Shown: piece by piece, positions 17,363 through 26,791 of the stretch
Numbering within the stretch: position 1 is the first letter of the stretch
Layout of the letters: each line of letters begins with the position of its first letter
NCBI GenBank assembly: GCA_963813815.1
Contig: CAWFAD010000016.1
Span: forward strand, 608,632-672,631
Source of the DNA: an uncultured bacterium
GTDB lineage: Bacteria; Krumholzibacteriota; Krumholzibacteriia; Krumholzibacteriales; Krumholzibacteriaceae
DNA length: 64,000 bases
Direction: 5' to 3'
Made by a program: the position numbers and the translations under genes
The notes under the pieces: model-generated
What the model was told of the DNA's origin: nothing
The model's input: only the letters and a program-made list of their open reading frames with translations
Databases searched by the model: none

Positions 17363-20300
17363 TCAGCACCCGCGGCGCGCCGTGGCGCGCACGCGCCGCG
17401 TCCATTCCCGAGCGTCGTCGAGGAGCAGGTAGATCGTCGGAAGCAGCAGCAGCGTGACGAGGGTCGAGGCGGTGAGCCCGCCGACGATCGCGCGGGCCAT
17501 GGGGAAATAGGGCGGGCCGCCGCTTCCTCCGATCGAGGTCTTGATGACGGCGAGCGGCACGAGATTCAGCACCGTCGTCGAAGCCGTCATGAGGATCGGC
17601 CGCATCCGGTCCCTGCCGGCCTCGCGGATCGCGTCCTCGCGGGAGAGCCCGCTCTCCCTCAACCGGTTGATGTGATCGACGAGCACGATGCCGTTGTTGA
17701 CGACGACCCCGATGAGGATGAGGATCCCTATCATCCCCATCATCGTCATCGCCGTGCCCGTCGCGAGAAAGAACCAGTACACGCCGACGACGGCGAAGAG
17801 GATCTGCGTCCAGATCGCGGCGGGGAAGAGAAGCGATTCGAAGAGCGAGGCCATGACGAAATAGATGAGCGCGAGCGCGAGCACGAGGTTGAGGAGCATC
17901 GTCTGGAGCGCCTCGCGCTCCTCGGTGAATCCCTCGCCGTAGTTCCAAGTATAGCCGGGCGGAAAATGAAATCCGCCGAGCGCCGCCGCGATGCGCTTGC
18001 GCGCCTCTTCCATCGTAATTCCGTCGAGGTTGGCCGTGACGCTGAGCGAGGTCGTGCGGTTCTGGTGCCGGATGGTCCGTGGCCCGGGCCGCACGGCGAG
18101 ATCGGCGACGGAGGCGAGCGTCACCGGATCGAGTCCGCGCCCCATGAGGGGAACGTTCTCGAGCTGCGAGAGAGTCCGGCGGTCGCTGTCCTGAAACTCG
18201 AGGCGCACGTCGATCTCTCCCTCGCCGCTCCGAATGCGGGGTAGCATGATGCCCCGCATGGCCGCCGAGACGACCTGCGCCACCTCGTTGGTCGAAAAAC
18301 CCCGCTGGCGGGCCCGCTCGCGGTCCACGACCACCTGGATCTCCTTCTCGCCGGTCTCCGCCTCGGAACGCACGTCCTTGAATCCTTCCACGCGCTTCAG
18401 CGTCCACGCCACGTCCTGAGCGAGTTCGACGAGCTGCTCGCTCGACTTGCCGATGAGCTGCACGCGCGCCGACTGGCCGTCGCCGAACTGGCTGCGAAAA
18501 TCGAACGAAGGATTGCAGATGACGACCGGGGGGAGGTCCTTGCGGATCAGCTCCTCGATCTCTTTTCTCGATTTCTTCGCCTCCTTCCCCTTCTTGAGCG
18601 TGATGATCGACGTGGCGTAGCTGCCCTGGTAGAAGGTGTAGACCGATTCGATTTCGAACTCGTCCTGGCGGGAGAAGAGATACTCCTCGAACACGTCGAC
18701 CGCGTCCTCGACCTTCTCGAGCGTGTAGGAGCCGTTGATGTTGTAGAAGATGCGCAGGCGCCGCTCCTCCTCGTCGCCGAACATCTGCACCTTCACGAGC
18801 TTTATCGGAACGGCCACGCTCAGCAGCACGCCGACGATAATGAGAACCGTGGCGCGCCGGTGGTCGAGCGTCCAGGAGAGGCTTCGCACGTATCGCTCCT
18901 GAAGCCGGTCGATCGCCGTTTTCTTGCGCCGCGCGGGCGGTTTCAGCCGCCACGCGAGCAGCGGCACGAGCGTCAGCGATATGAGGAGCGAGATCCCGAG
19001 GGCGATGCAGATCGTGATCGCTATGTGCTTGAGAAACACGGCGATCTGGTCGCGGGGGCTCACGATGTTCGGGAGAAACACGATGGCGGTCGTGAGCGTG
19101 CCCGCCGTGACGGCCAGCGCCACCTCCCGCACGCCGACCTGAACGGCGTCCTTTCGCTTGGGGTCGAGGAGCTGGTGCCGATGAATGCTCTCCGTGACGA
19201 CGACCGCGTTGTCGACGAGCATGCCGATCGCGAGCATGAGGCCGAGCATCGAGAGGATGTTGAGCGAAACGCCGATGAAGTACATGAAGGTGAGGGTGAC
19301 GAGGACTGAGAGCGGCGCCGCGAGAGCGATGAGAAAGGTCGTCGAAAATCGCCGCAGAAAGAGGTAGAGCACGGCCACGGCGAAGCAGGCTCCGAGAAGC
19401 CCCGAACGGAGGATTTCGTTGAGCGAGCCCACGACCCCCTCGGCCTGGTTGTCCATGTAATAGATGCTGACCCCGGCCATTTCGGGCAGCTTCTTGATCT
19501 CGTCGATATCGGCGATGATGCGGTCCGTGACGTCGACGAGATTGGCGCCCGACTCCTTGAAGACGTCGACGCCGATCGCGGGCCGGCAGTTGAGGTGGCG
19601 GGCGTAATCAAGCCTCGGGTGCTCGTAGGCGACGATCGCGATGTCGCTGAGCCTAAGCCCGTTCGGGCCTACGACGATCTTTCCGATCTCTTCCGCGCTC
19701 GTGAGCTCCCCCATCGGACGCACGACGAGCCGCCGGTTCTCGTCGGTGATCATGCCGGCCGTGACGAGGAAGTTGCCCCGGCGAAGCGTCTCCACGAGAG
19801 AGGCGATGTCGACGCGGTGCGCGATGATCCGGTCCGCGAGGAGCTGAATGCGGATGTCCTTCTTGTTGACGCCGTAGAGGTCGACCCGCGAGACGCCTTC
19901 GATGCGCTCGACGCGCCGCTTGACGTTCCGCTCGAGCATGTCGTAGGAGTTCGAGAGATCCCGGTCGCTCGAAATGCGCAGCACGAGCATCTGCATGTCG
20001 GTGGTCGAGAATTTCCGTATGTAAAATCGCCGGAGATCCGCCGGGAAGAGACGGCGGACGCCCTCGAGCTTTTCCTTCGCCTCGAGCGCCTTGACGTTCG
20101 CGTCGACGCCCCAGTCGAACTCGAGATTGATGAAAGCGCCGTCGCTCCCCGATTCGGAGGTCATCTGCTTGATGCCGCTGATCGTGGCGAGCACTTCCTC
20201 GGCGGGTTTCGTGATCTGGCGCTCGATCTCCTCGGGAGTCGAGTTGGGGTAAGGGATCTCGACGCCGATGAACGGCGCGTCGAGCGCCGGGAAGTACTCG

Positions 20301-20401
20301 AGCGGAAGGAGCTTCGCCGACACGACGCCGAGGACGATGAAACACGCGAGGATCATGAACATCGTTACGGGGCGTCGTATGGCGGTTTCGGTGATGTTCA
20401 T
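17363..20401 (-). CDS. RND efflux permease (AcrB/AcrD/AcrF family)
   Basis: RRPVT N-terminus, GMLVDNAVVV, GVVVNNGIVL, RMRPILMT. Confidence 0.93.
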   Translation of the reverse strand: MNITETAIRRPVTMFMILACFIVLGVVSAKLLPLEYFPALDAPFIGVEIPYPNSTPEEIERQITKPAEEVLATISGIKQMTSESGSDGAFINLEFDWGVDANVKALEAKEKLEGVRRLFPADLRRFYIRKFSTTDMQMLVLRISSDRDLSNSYDMLERNVKRRVERIEGVSRVDLYGVNKKDIRIQLLADRIIAHRVDIASLVETLRRGNFLVTAGMITDENRRLVVRPMGELTSAEEIGKIVVGPNGLRLSDIAIVAYEHPRLDYARHLNCRPAIGVDVFKESGANLVDVTDRIIADIDEIKKLPEMAGVSIYYMDNQAEGVVGSLNEILRSGLLGACFAVAVLYLFLRRFSTTFLIALAAPLSVLVTLTFMYFIGVSLNILSMLGLMLAIGMLVDNAVVVTESIHRHQLLDPKRKDAVQVGVREVALAVTAGTLTTAIVFLPNIVSPRDQIAVFLKHIAITICIALGISLLISLTLVPLLAWRLKPPARRKKTAIDRLQERYVRSLSWTLDHRRATVLIIVGVLLSVAVPIKLVKVQMFGDEEERRLRIFYNINGSYTLEKVEDAVDVFEEYLFSRQDEFEIESVYTFYQGSYATSIITLKKGKEAKKSRKEIEELIRKDLPPVVICNPSFDFRSQFGDGQSARVQLIGKSSEQLVELAQDVAWTLKRVEGFKDVRSEAETGEKEIQVVVDRERARQRGFSTNEVAQVVSAAMRGIMLPRIRSGEGEIDVRLEFQDSDRRTLSQLENVPLMGRGLDPVTLASVADLAVRPGPRTIRHQNRTTSLSVTANLDGITMEEARKRIAAALGGFHFPPGYTWNYGEGFTEEREALQTMLLNLVLALALIYFVMASLFESLLFPAAIWTQILFAVVGVYWFFLATGTAMTMMGMIGILILIGVVVNNGIVLVDHINRLRESGLSREDAIREAGRDRMRPILMTASTTVLNLVPLAVIKTSIGGSGGPPYFPMARAIVGGLTASTLVTLLLLPTIYLLLDDAREWTRRVRATARRGC

Positions 20402-23400
20402 GCCGATGCTCCCGGCCTGCCCGGCTCTTCGTCCGATCTGTCGAGCGCGGCGTACACGACCGGGATGACCACGAGCGTGAGGAGCGTCGAGACGGAGAGC
20501 CCGCCGATCACCGTGATGGCCATCGGCGAGCGGATCTCGGCCCCCTCGCCCACGCCGAGGGCGAGCGGAATGAGCCCGAGGACCGTCGTCAGCGTCGTCA
20601 TGAGAATCGGCCGCAAGCGCGATTTGCCGCCGGCGATGAGCGCTTCCGTCTTTCTCATGCCGCCCGCGCGCAGCTGGTTCACGAAATCGATCAAGACGAT
20701 CGCGTTGTTGACGACGATGCCGGCGAGCAGGATGAGCCCGATAAAGACGACGACGCTGATCGTCGAGCGCGTCAGGAGGAGCGCCAGCACCGCGCCGATG
20801 AGCGCGAGCGGAATCGTGAACAGTATGACGAACGGGTGCAGGAAGGACTCGAACTGCGAGGCCATGACGAGGTACACGAGAAAGACGGCGAGCGCGAGCG
20901 CGAGGACGAGCGAGCGGAACGAAACCGCCATCTCGCGGTTCTGCCCGGCGAGGACGGTGCTGATGCCCGGAGGCATCGCGATGCCTCCGATGATCGCGTC
21001 GATGTCCTTCGCCGCCGCGCCGAGATCGCCGTAGGCGAGGTTGGCCGTTACGAGCGCCATGCGTTCCTGGTCGGCGCGTCTGATTTCCCCCGGCCCCATG
21101 TCGACGTCGACGTCCGCGACGGCGTCGAGGGTGACGGGAGCGGGGCTCTCCGGATTGATGATGATCTTGCGGATTCGCTCGATCGAATCGCGGTCGCGCT
21201 CCCGCGAGCGCACGAGGACGTCGATCTTGCGGTCATGCCACGAATAGCGGGTCGCCACCTCGCCGCGCACCTGGCCCACGACGCGGGAGGCGATTTGGTA
21301 GACCTGAAAGCCGAGCGCCGCAGCCCGCTCCCGGTCGAACCGGATCTGTATCTCCGGATGGCCGGCGCGCATCGTCGACTTCACGTCGGCGAAGCGGGGG
21401 TTGGCCTCGAGACGGCTCGATATTTCGTTGCTGATCCGCCGCAGCTCGGCGAGATTGTAGCCGCTGACCTCGATCTCGACCGGCGTTTTGAAGCTGAAGA
21501 GCGTCGGGTAGGAGAACTTGTAGTCGAGATCGGGGGTGCCCTCCATGCGGCCGCGGAGAGCCGCCATGGCGCGCGCCTCCTCGCGGCGGCCGGCGCCGGG
21601 TGCGAGCGCGACGTTGAGCTCGCCCCAGTTTTCGCCGCCCTGCTCGGGATTCGCGTCCATGCGGTTCCCGGTGCCGGCCACCGAGAAGGTGGCGGCGATG
21701 CCCGGAACCTCCCGGGCGGCCTCCTGAACCGCGGCGATCGCGGCGTCCGTGACCTCGAGCGGGGTGCCCGGCGGCAGACGGAACTCGACGCGGAACTCCC
21801 CTTGCGAGAGCTGCGGGATGAGCTCGACGCCGATGACCGGGACGAGCGCGAGGGATACCGCGAACGCCGCCGCGGCGAGGCCGATCACGCGCCCCCGGCG
21901 GACGAGGGCCGCCGCGAGGAGCCTCTCGTAGAATCTTTCGAACCTCGCGTAGACCCGCTGAAAACCGGCGAGCGCCGGCGCGAGCAGGCGGCGCATGAGG
22001 CGGGAGATGGCGCCCGCCGCTCTGTTCCAGAGCCGCGTCCAGAACACCGGGAGCGTGGTCCACAGAGCGGCGCGCGCGGCCCGCGCCAATCTCCGGCCTC
22101 GGCCGCGCAACTCCTCCGGGGGCTCGGCGGCCGCCGCGGCGGAGGGGGGCGCGGCCCGCAGGGAAGCGAGCATGGGAATGAGCGTGAGGGCGACCGCGAG
22201 GGAGGCCAGCAGCGAAAAGGTCACCGTGAGGGCCTGGTCGCGGAAGAGCTGCCCCGCGATCCCCTTGACGAAGACGAGCGGCAGAAACACCGCGACCGTC
22301 GTGAGCGTGGAGGCGGTGACGGCGCGGGAGACCTCGTCGGCGCCATTGCGCACGGCCTCCACGTGGCCCTCGCCCCGCTCGCGATGGCGCGCGATGTTTT
22401 CGAGCACGACGATCGAGTTGTCGACGAGCATGCCGATCCCGAGCGCGATGCCGCCGAGCGACATGATGTTGAGCGTGAGGTGCGCCCCGAACATCATGTT
22501 GAAGGTCGCGATGACGGAAACGGGAATGGAGAACGAGATGATCACCGTCGCCCAAAAGTTCTGAAGGAAGAAGTAGAGGATCACGACGGCCAGCAGTCCT
22601 CCGATGAGGGCGTTCGAGATGACCTCGTTCACCGCCTGTCCGATGAAGGTCGCCTGATCGTAGACCTTGACGATCTCCGCGCCCTTCGGAAGGATGCCGT
22701 CCACGCGCTTCAGACGCCGGGCGACCTCGCGCGAGACGGCGACCGTGTTGGCGTCCCCTTCCTTGTAGATCGCGATCTCGACCGCCTCGCGTCCGCCGAG
22801 CCGCGTGACCGCGTCGCGCTCCCGGTAGCCGTGCCGAACCGTCGCGATGTCGCGGAGGTACACGGGCCGCCCGCCGCTCGTCGAGACGATGACGTCGGCG
22901 ATCTCGTCGATCGACTGGAACTGGTTCAGCGTCCGCACGAGGTACTGCTGCGTTCCTTCCTCGATGCGGCCGCCCGAGAGGTTGACGTTTTCGGCTCCGA
23001 TCTGACGGGCGAGCTCTTCGGCCGGCACGCCGATTTGGGCGAGCCGTCCCTGATCGAAGAGCACCTGTATCTCGTCCTCGAGCCCGCCGCTGATCTTGAC
23101 CGCGGCCACGCCGATCGCCGCTTCGAGCTCCTTCTTGATTTCCTCCTCGGCGAACCGGCGGAGGAACTTGAGCTCCTCCTCGTCGAACGCGGCCTCATTC
23201 GCCGTGTCGGCGGCGTTCTCGGCCGAGCGGACGAACGCCAGCCGCATGACCGGGTCGAGCGACGGGTCGAATCGCAGGATCGTCGGGCGTTGAATCTCGA
23301 GGGGCAGATCGAGAGCGTCGAGCTTCTCGCGCACGTCGAGACCGGCGTAATCCATGTTGGTTCCCCAGGCGAACTCGAGGAGCACGTCCGATTGGCCCGA

Positions 23401-23655
23401 CCGCGATATCGAGCTCACCCGGTTCACGTTCTTCACGACCCCGAGCGCCTCCTCGATCGGTTTCGAGACGAGGTTCTCGACCTCGATGGGGGCCGCGCCG
23501 GGGTACTCGGTCCGGATCGTCAGCGTGGGGTAGCTGAGCTCGGGCAGCAGGTTGATCTTGAGGCGGAAAAAGGAGACGAATCCGAAGAGGATCACGGCGA
23601 GGGTGAACATCGCGATCGTCACCCGCCGCTTGATGGAAATATCGATGATGTTCAT
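20398..23655 (-). CDS. RND efflux permease (AcrB/AcrD/AcrF family)
   Basis: GMLVDNSIVVLENI, MASQFES, GIVVNNAIVL, RLRPILMT; ATGA overlap with second permease. Confidence 0.93.
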   Translation of the reverse strand: MNIIDISIKRRVTIAMFTLAVILFGFVSFFRLKINLLPELSYPTLTIRTEYPGAAPIEVENLVSKPIEEALGVVKNVNRVSSISRSGQSDVLLEFAWGTNMDYAGLDVREKLDALDLPLEIQRPTILRFDPSLDPVMRLAFVRSAENAADTANEAAFDEEELKFLRRFAEEEIKKELEAAIGVAAVKISGGLEDEIQVLFDQGRLAQIGVPAEELARQIGAENVNLSGGRIEEGTQQYLVRTLNQFQSIDEIADVIVSTSGGRPVYLRDIATVRHGYRERDAVTRLGGREAVEIAIYKEGDANTVAVSREVARRLKRVDGILPKGAEIVKVYDQATFIGQAVNEVISNALIGGLLAVVILYFFLQNFWATVIISFSIPVSVIATFNMMFGAHLTLNIMSLGGIALGIGMLVDNSIVVLENIARHRERGEGHVEAVRNGADEVSRAVTASTLTTVAVFLPLVFVKGIAGQLFRDQALTVTFSLLASLAVALTLIPMLASLRAAPPSAAAAAEPPEELRGRGRRLARAARAALWTTLPVFWTRLWNRAAGAISRLMRRLLAPALAGFQRVYARFERFYERLLAAALVRRGRVIGLAAAAFAVSLALVPVIGVELIPQLSQGEFRVEFRLPPGTPLEVTDAAIAAVQEAAREVPGIAATFSVAGTGNRMDANPEQGGENWGELNVALAPGAGRREEARAMAALRGRMEGTPDLDYKFSYPTLFSFKTPVEIEVSGYNLAELRRISNEISSRLEANPRFADVKSTMRAGHPEIQIRFDRERAAALGFQVYQIASRVVGQVRGEVATRYSWHDRKIDVLVRSRERDRDSIERIRKIIINPESPAPVTLDAVADVDVDMGPGEIRRADQERMALVTANLAYGDLGAAAKDIDAIIGGIAMPPGISTVLAGQNREMAVSFRSLVLALALAVFLVYLVMASQFESFLHPFVILFTIPLALIGAVLALLLTRSTISVVVFIGLILLAGIVVNNAIVLIDFVNQLRAGGMRKTEALIAGGKSRLRPILMTTLTTVLGLIPLALGVGEGAEIRSPMAITVIGGLSVSTLLTLVVIPVVYAALDRSDEEPGRPGASA

Positions 23656-23679
23656 GGGGCGCCCGTTTCCTCCGGCACC

Positions 23680-24735
23680 CTAGCGGGCGACGATTTGAAC
23701 CTTGGTGCTGTCCTTGAGACTGGCCTTGCCGGTCGTGACGACCGTGTCGCCCGACATGAGGCCGGCGAGCACCTCGACGTGCGTCGTGTTGACGAATCCC
23801 GTTTCGACGGGGAGCCGGTACGCCACGCTGTCCCGCACGACGAACACGGCGCTCTCGCGATCCTCGGTGATGATCGCGTCCTTCGGCGCCTTCACGACGT
23901 TCGCGTGGACGTCGTAGATGATCTGGATGCGCGCGAACATGCCCGGCCGGAGGCGCCCCGAGGGATCGCTCGCCTCGACCGTGACCTTGACCGTGCCGGT
24001 CGAGGGATCGATCACCGGGCTGATGCGCTTGATCCGGCCCTCGACGATCTCGTTCCCCATGGCGTCGATCGTCATCTGGGCGGCCTGTCCCGGACGGAGC
24101 TTCCCGAGCTGCCGCTCGGGGACGTGCAGGACGGCGACGAGCGGATTCAGCCCCGCCACGCGAAACACCGCCTGATTCGGGAGCACCATGTTTCCGATCT
24201 TGATGAGGCGCTCGGCGACGACGCCGCTGATGGGCGTGCGGATCGAGGTGTACTTGTAATCGAGCTCGGAGAGCTCGTATGCGGCGCGCGCCTGCTCGTA
24301 GTCGAACGCGCTCTGCTGGAACACCTCGGTGCTGACGAGCTTTTGCTCGTGGAGGCCGACGTTTCGCTCGTATATCATTTTGAGCTTGTCGAGGCTGGCC
24401 CGGGATTGAGCGAGCTGCACGCTGATCCTTTCGTCGTCGAGCTTGGCGATCACGTCCCCTACCTTCACGTACGCCCCCTCCTCGACGAGTATCGACTCCA
24501 CGACGCCCCCGACCTTGGCGACGACCCCGGTCTCCTCCTCGGCCCCGATCGTGGCGGTTCCTGTGAAGTAAGCGGCTATGTCACCGGAGATTACGGCGGC
24601 AACCTCGACGGGCACGGCGACCTTGTCGTCCTTTTTTCCGTTCTTGTCGGAGCCGCCGCGGCGGCCGCAGCCTCCCGATGCGCCGAGCGCGGCGATCATC
24701 GCGAGCAGCAGCAGCGTTTTCCATGCGTGTTTCAT
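23680..24735 (-). CDS. RND periplasmic adaptor (membrane fusion protein), probable lipoprotein
   Basis: SGGC lipobox, biotinyl-lipoyl-like halves (VEEGAYVKVGD, IRTPISGVV), LRPGMFA. Confidence 0.92.
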   Translation of the reverse strand: MKHAWKTLLLLAMIAALGASGGCGRRGGSDKNGKKDDKVAVPVEVAAVISGDIAAYFTGTATIGAEEETGVVAKVGGVVESILVEEGAYVKVGDVIAKLDDERISVQLAQSRASLDKLKMIYERNVGLHEQKLVSTEVFQQSAFDYEQARAAYELSELDYKYTSIRTPISGVVAERLIKIGNMVLPNQAVFRVAGLNPLVAVLHVPERQLGKLRPGQAAQMTIDAMGNEIVEGRIKRISPVIDPSTGTVKVTVEASDPSGRLRPGMFARIQIIYDVHANVVKAPKDAIITEDRESAVFVVRDSVAYRLPVETGFVNTTHVEVLAGLMSGDTVVTTGKASLKDSTKVQIVAR

Positions 24736-24771
24736 CGGTTCCCCCTCGGTTTCGGTAGAGCTTGCCCATTA

Positions 24772-24797
24772 TACGCTCGCGCTATTGATAAGTTGCA
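24772..24797 (-). promoter_or_regulatory. Putative ECF-sigma promoter for the RND operon
   Basis: Minus strand TGCAAC-N16-CGTA(TAAT), matching the AAC/CGT ECF pattern. Confidence 0.55.
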
Positions 24798-24820
24798 CAT
24801 AGGAGGCCTCGGGCGGCGAA

Positions 24821-24858
24821 TAAAAACGGCGCCCGGAGCCGAGGCATCCGGGCGCCGT
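24821..24858 (-). terminator. Rho-independent terminator of the POT transporter gene
   Basis: 12-bp perfect stem ACGGCGCCCGGA/TCCGGGCGCCGT followed on the minus strand by a T-run. Confidence 0.8.
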
Positions 24859-24883
24859 GTGTACGCGAAGCGGATCCTTCCGC

Positions 24884-26566
24884 TCAGCTCGTCGTCGCCC
24901 GCTCGAGGCGCTTCATCACCGAGAAGATGAACGCCGCCGAAAGGAGGCAGCAGACAACGAGAATGAGCCAGAGACTCCACAGCGGCACCTGGTCCCAGAG
25001 CCAACCGATGACGCCGAGGAGGTAGTTGCCTATGGCCGTGGCGGCGAACCATCCGCCTTGGCAGAGGCCCTTGTACTGCGGCGGAGCGACCTTCGCCACG
25101 AAGGAGATCCCCATGGGGCTGAGGAAAAGCTCGGCCACCGTGAGGATGAAGTAGGTCCAGATGAGCCAGTAGGGGGAGACGAGCATGTTCGCCGGCGCCA
25201 CCTGCCCCGCGAGCATCTTGGGGCTCGGGAGCCCGAGCGATCCGATGAGGAGCAGGCCGAAGGCGCCCGCCGTCATGAGCATCCCGTAGCCGATCTTGCG
25301 CGGCGCCGAAGGTTCCTTTCCCCTCCCGTTCAGCCATCCGAAAAATCCCACGACGACCGGCGTCAGGGCGACGATGAAGAACGGGTTGAAATGCTGGAAC
25401 TTCTGCGGGGTGAAAGGATTCGTCGCGCCGTAGCCGTAGTAGCGCCAGTACGCGAGCAGCGCGAACGCGGCGAACGTGACGATGCCGATCGCGCGCGCGC
25501 GGCCGGAACCGCCTCTCTTGAGCGCGAAGTAGGCGCCGAGCGCCGCGAGGAATATCGGCAGGAGGCCGAAGAGGTCGAACCAGAGATTCGTCGCCTTGCC
25601 GACGCTTTCCTGCGTGTAATCGCGCGCGAAGTAGGTCATGCAGACGCCGCTCTGATGGAACGACATCCAGAAGAACACGACGACGACGTAGACGAGCCCG
25701 AGCGCGATGAAGCGGTCCTTGATCTGCGCGGGGGTCAGCGTCTGGACGTGCGAGGGGACGCCCTGCGCGCGCGTCTTGTCCGTCACCATGTAGTCGGCGT
25801 GCTGGTAATATTTTCGGAAACCCCAGAAAACGAGCATCGAGATGATGAGACTGATGCAGGCGACGCCGAAGCCGTAATGGTACGACTTGCTGAGGGTATT
25901 GATGTAATGCTCCGAAAACGCGCCGAGCGTCTCCACGGTGACGGAGGGATCCTGCGCCTGCGCGAGGCCGAGGTATTCGGATGCGTTCTCGAGCGTGCCC
26001 TTGAGAAACTGGTTCGCGAGCGCCGGTATCCGGGGATTGTAAAAGAAACCGGCCTTCGAGAGGATCCAGTTGTTGATCGTCTCGGCGGCGGTCGGCGCGA
26101 ACATCGCGCCGATGTTGATGCCCATGTAGAAGAGGGTGAAAGCGCGGTCGCGGTTCGGCGCGAACTCGGGGGCCTCGTACATCTTGCCGACGAGGGCCTG
26201 GAGGTTTCCCTTGAAGAGCCCCGTGCCGAGCGCGATCGTGGCGAGCGCCGCGACGATGAGCGGGAAGCCCGTCGACATATTCGTCGGGAAGGCCAGCATG
26301 AGATAGCCGGCGAACATCACGACGAGCCCGATGCCGATCGTCTTGCCGTACCCGAGCACCTTGTCGGCGATGATGCCCCCGAGGAGCGGGAAGAAGTAGA
26401 CGAAGCCCATGAAAATGCCGTAGACGCGGCTCGACTCGGTCGAGGTCATGCCGTACTTCGCCTGCATGAACAGGACGAAGATGGCGACCATCGTGTAGAA
26501 GCCGAACCGCTCGCCCATGTTCGCGAAGAACGCGACGATGAGCCCCTTCGGATGTCCCTTAAACAT
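24884..26566 (-). CDS. POT/PTR family proton-dependent oligopeptide transporter
   Basis: HPKGL, NMGERFGFY (ExxER variant), GTGLFKGN, FYMGINIG, AELFLSP. Confidence 0.93.
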   Translation of the reverse strand: MFKGHPKGLIVAFFANMGERFGFYTMVAIFVLFMQAKYGMTSTESSRVYGIFMGFVYFFPLLGGIIADKVLGYGKTIGIGLVVMFAGYLMLAFPTNMSTGFPLIVAALATIALGTGLFKGNLQALVGKMYEAPEFAPNRDRAFTLFYMGINIGAMFAPTAAETINNWILSKAGFFYNPRIPALANQFLKGTLENASEYLGLAQAQDPSVTVETLGAFSEHYINTLSKSYHYGFGVACISLIISMLVFWGFRKYYQHADYMVTDKTRAQGVPSHVQTLTPAQIKDRFIALGLVYVVVVFFWMSFHQSGVCMTYFARDYTQESVGKATNLWFDLFGLLPIFLAALGAYFALKRGGSGRARAIGIVTFAAFALLAYWRYYGYGATNPFTPQKFQHFNPFFIVALTPVVVGFFGWLNGRGKEPSAPRKIGYGMLMTAGAFGLLLIGSLGLPSPKMLAGQVAPANMLVSPYWLIWTYFILTVAELFLSPMGISFVAKVAPPQYKGLCQGGWFAATAIGNYLLGVIGWLWDQVPLWSLWLILVVCCLLSAAFIFSVMKRLERATTS

Positions 26567-26791
26567 AAGCGATCCTCTCGCCTCCTTTGGGTCAACGCGT
26601 CTGGGATCGGCGGTGCCCGCCCGGCCCGCCGGGCGGACGATGGAGGAGATAGTACGCGAGAACGCGCGGAGACGGTAGGGGAAACTTTGGCGTCCGCGGC
26701 GGACGACCGGCCGCCGACGGCCTGATCCTCAATGACTATGTTTCCGGCGGGAAACCGGATATAATCCCCACCACGAAAGGGAGGACGATCG

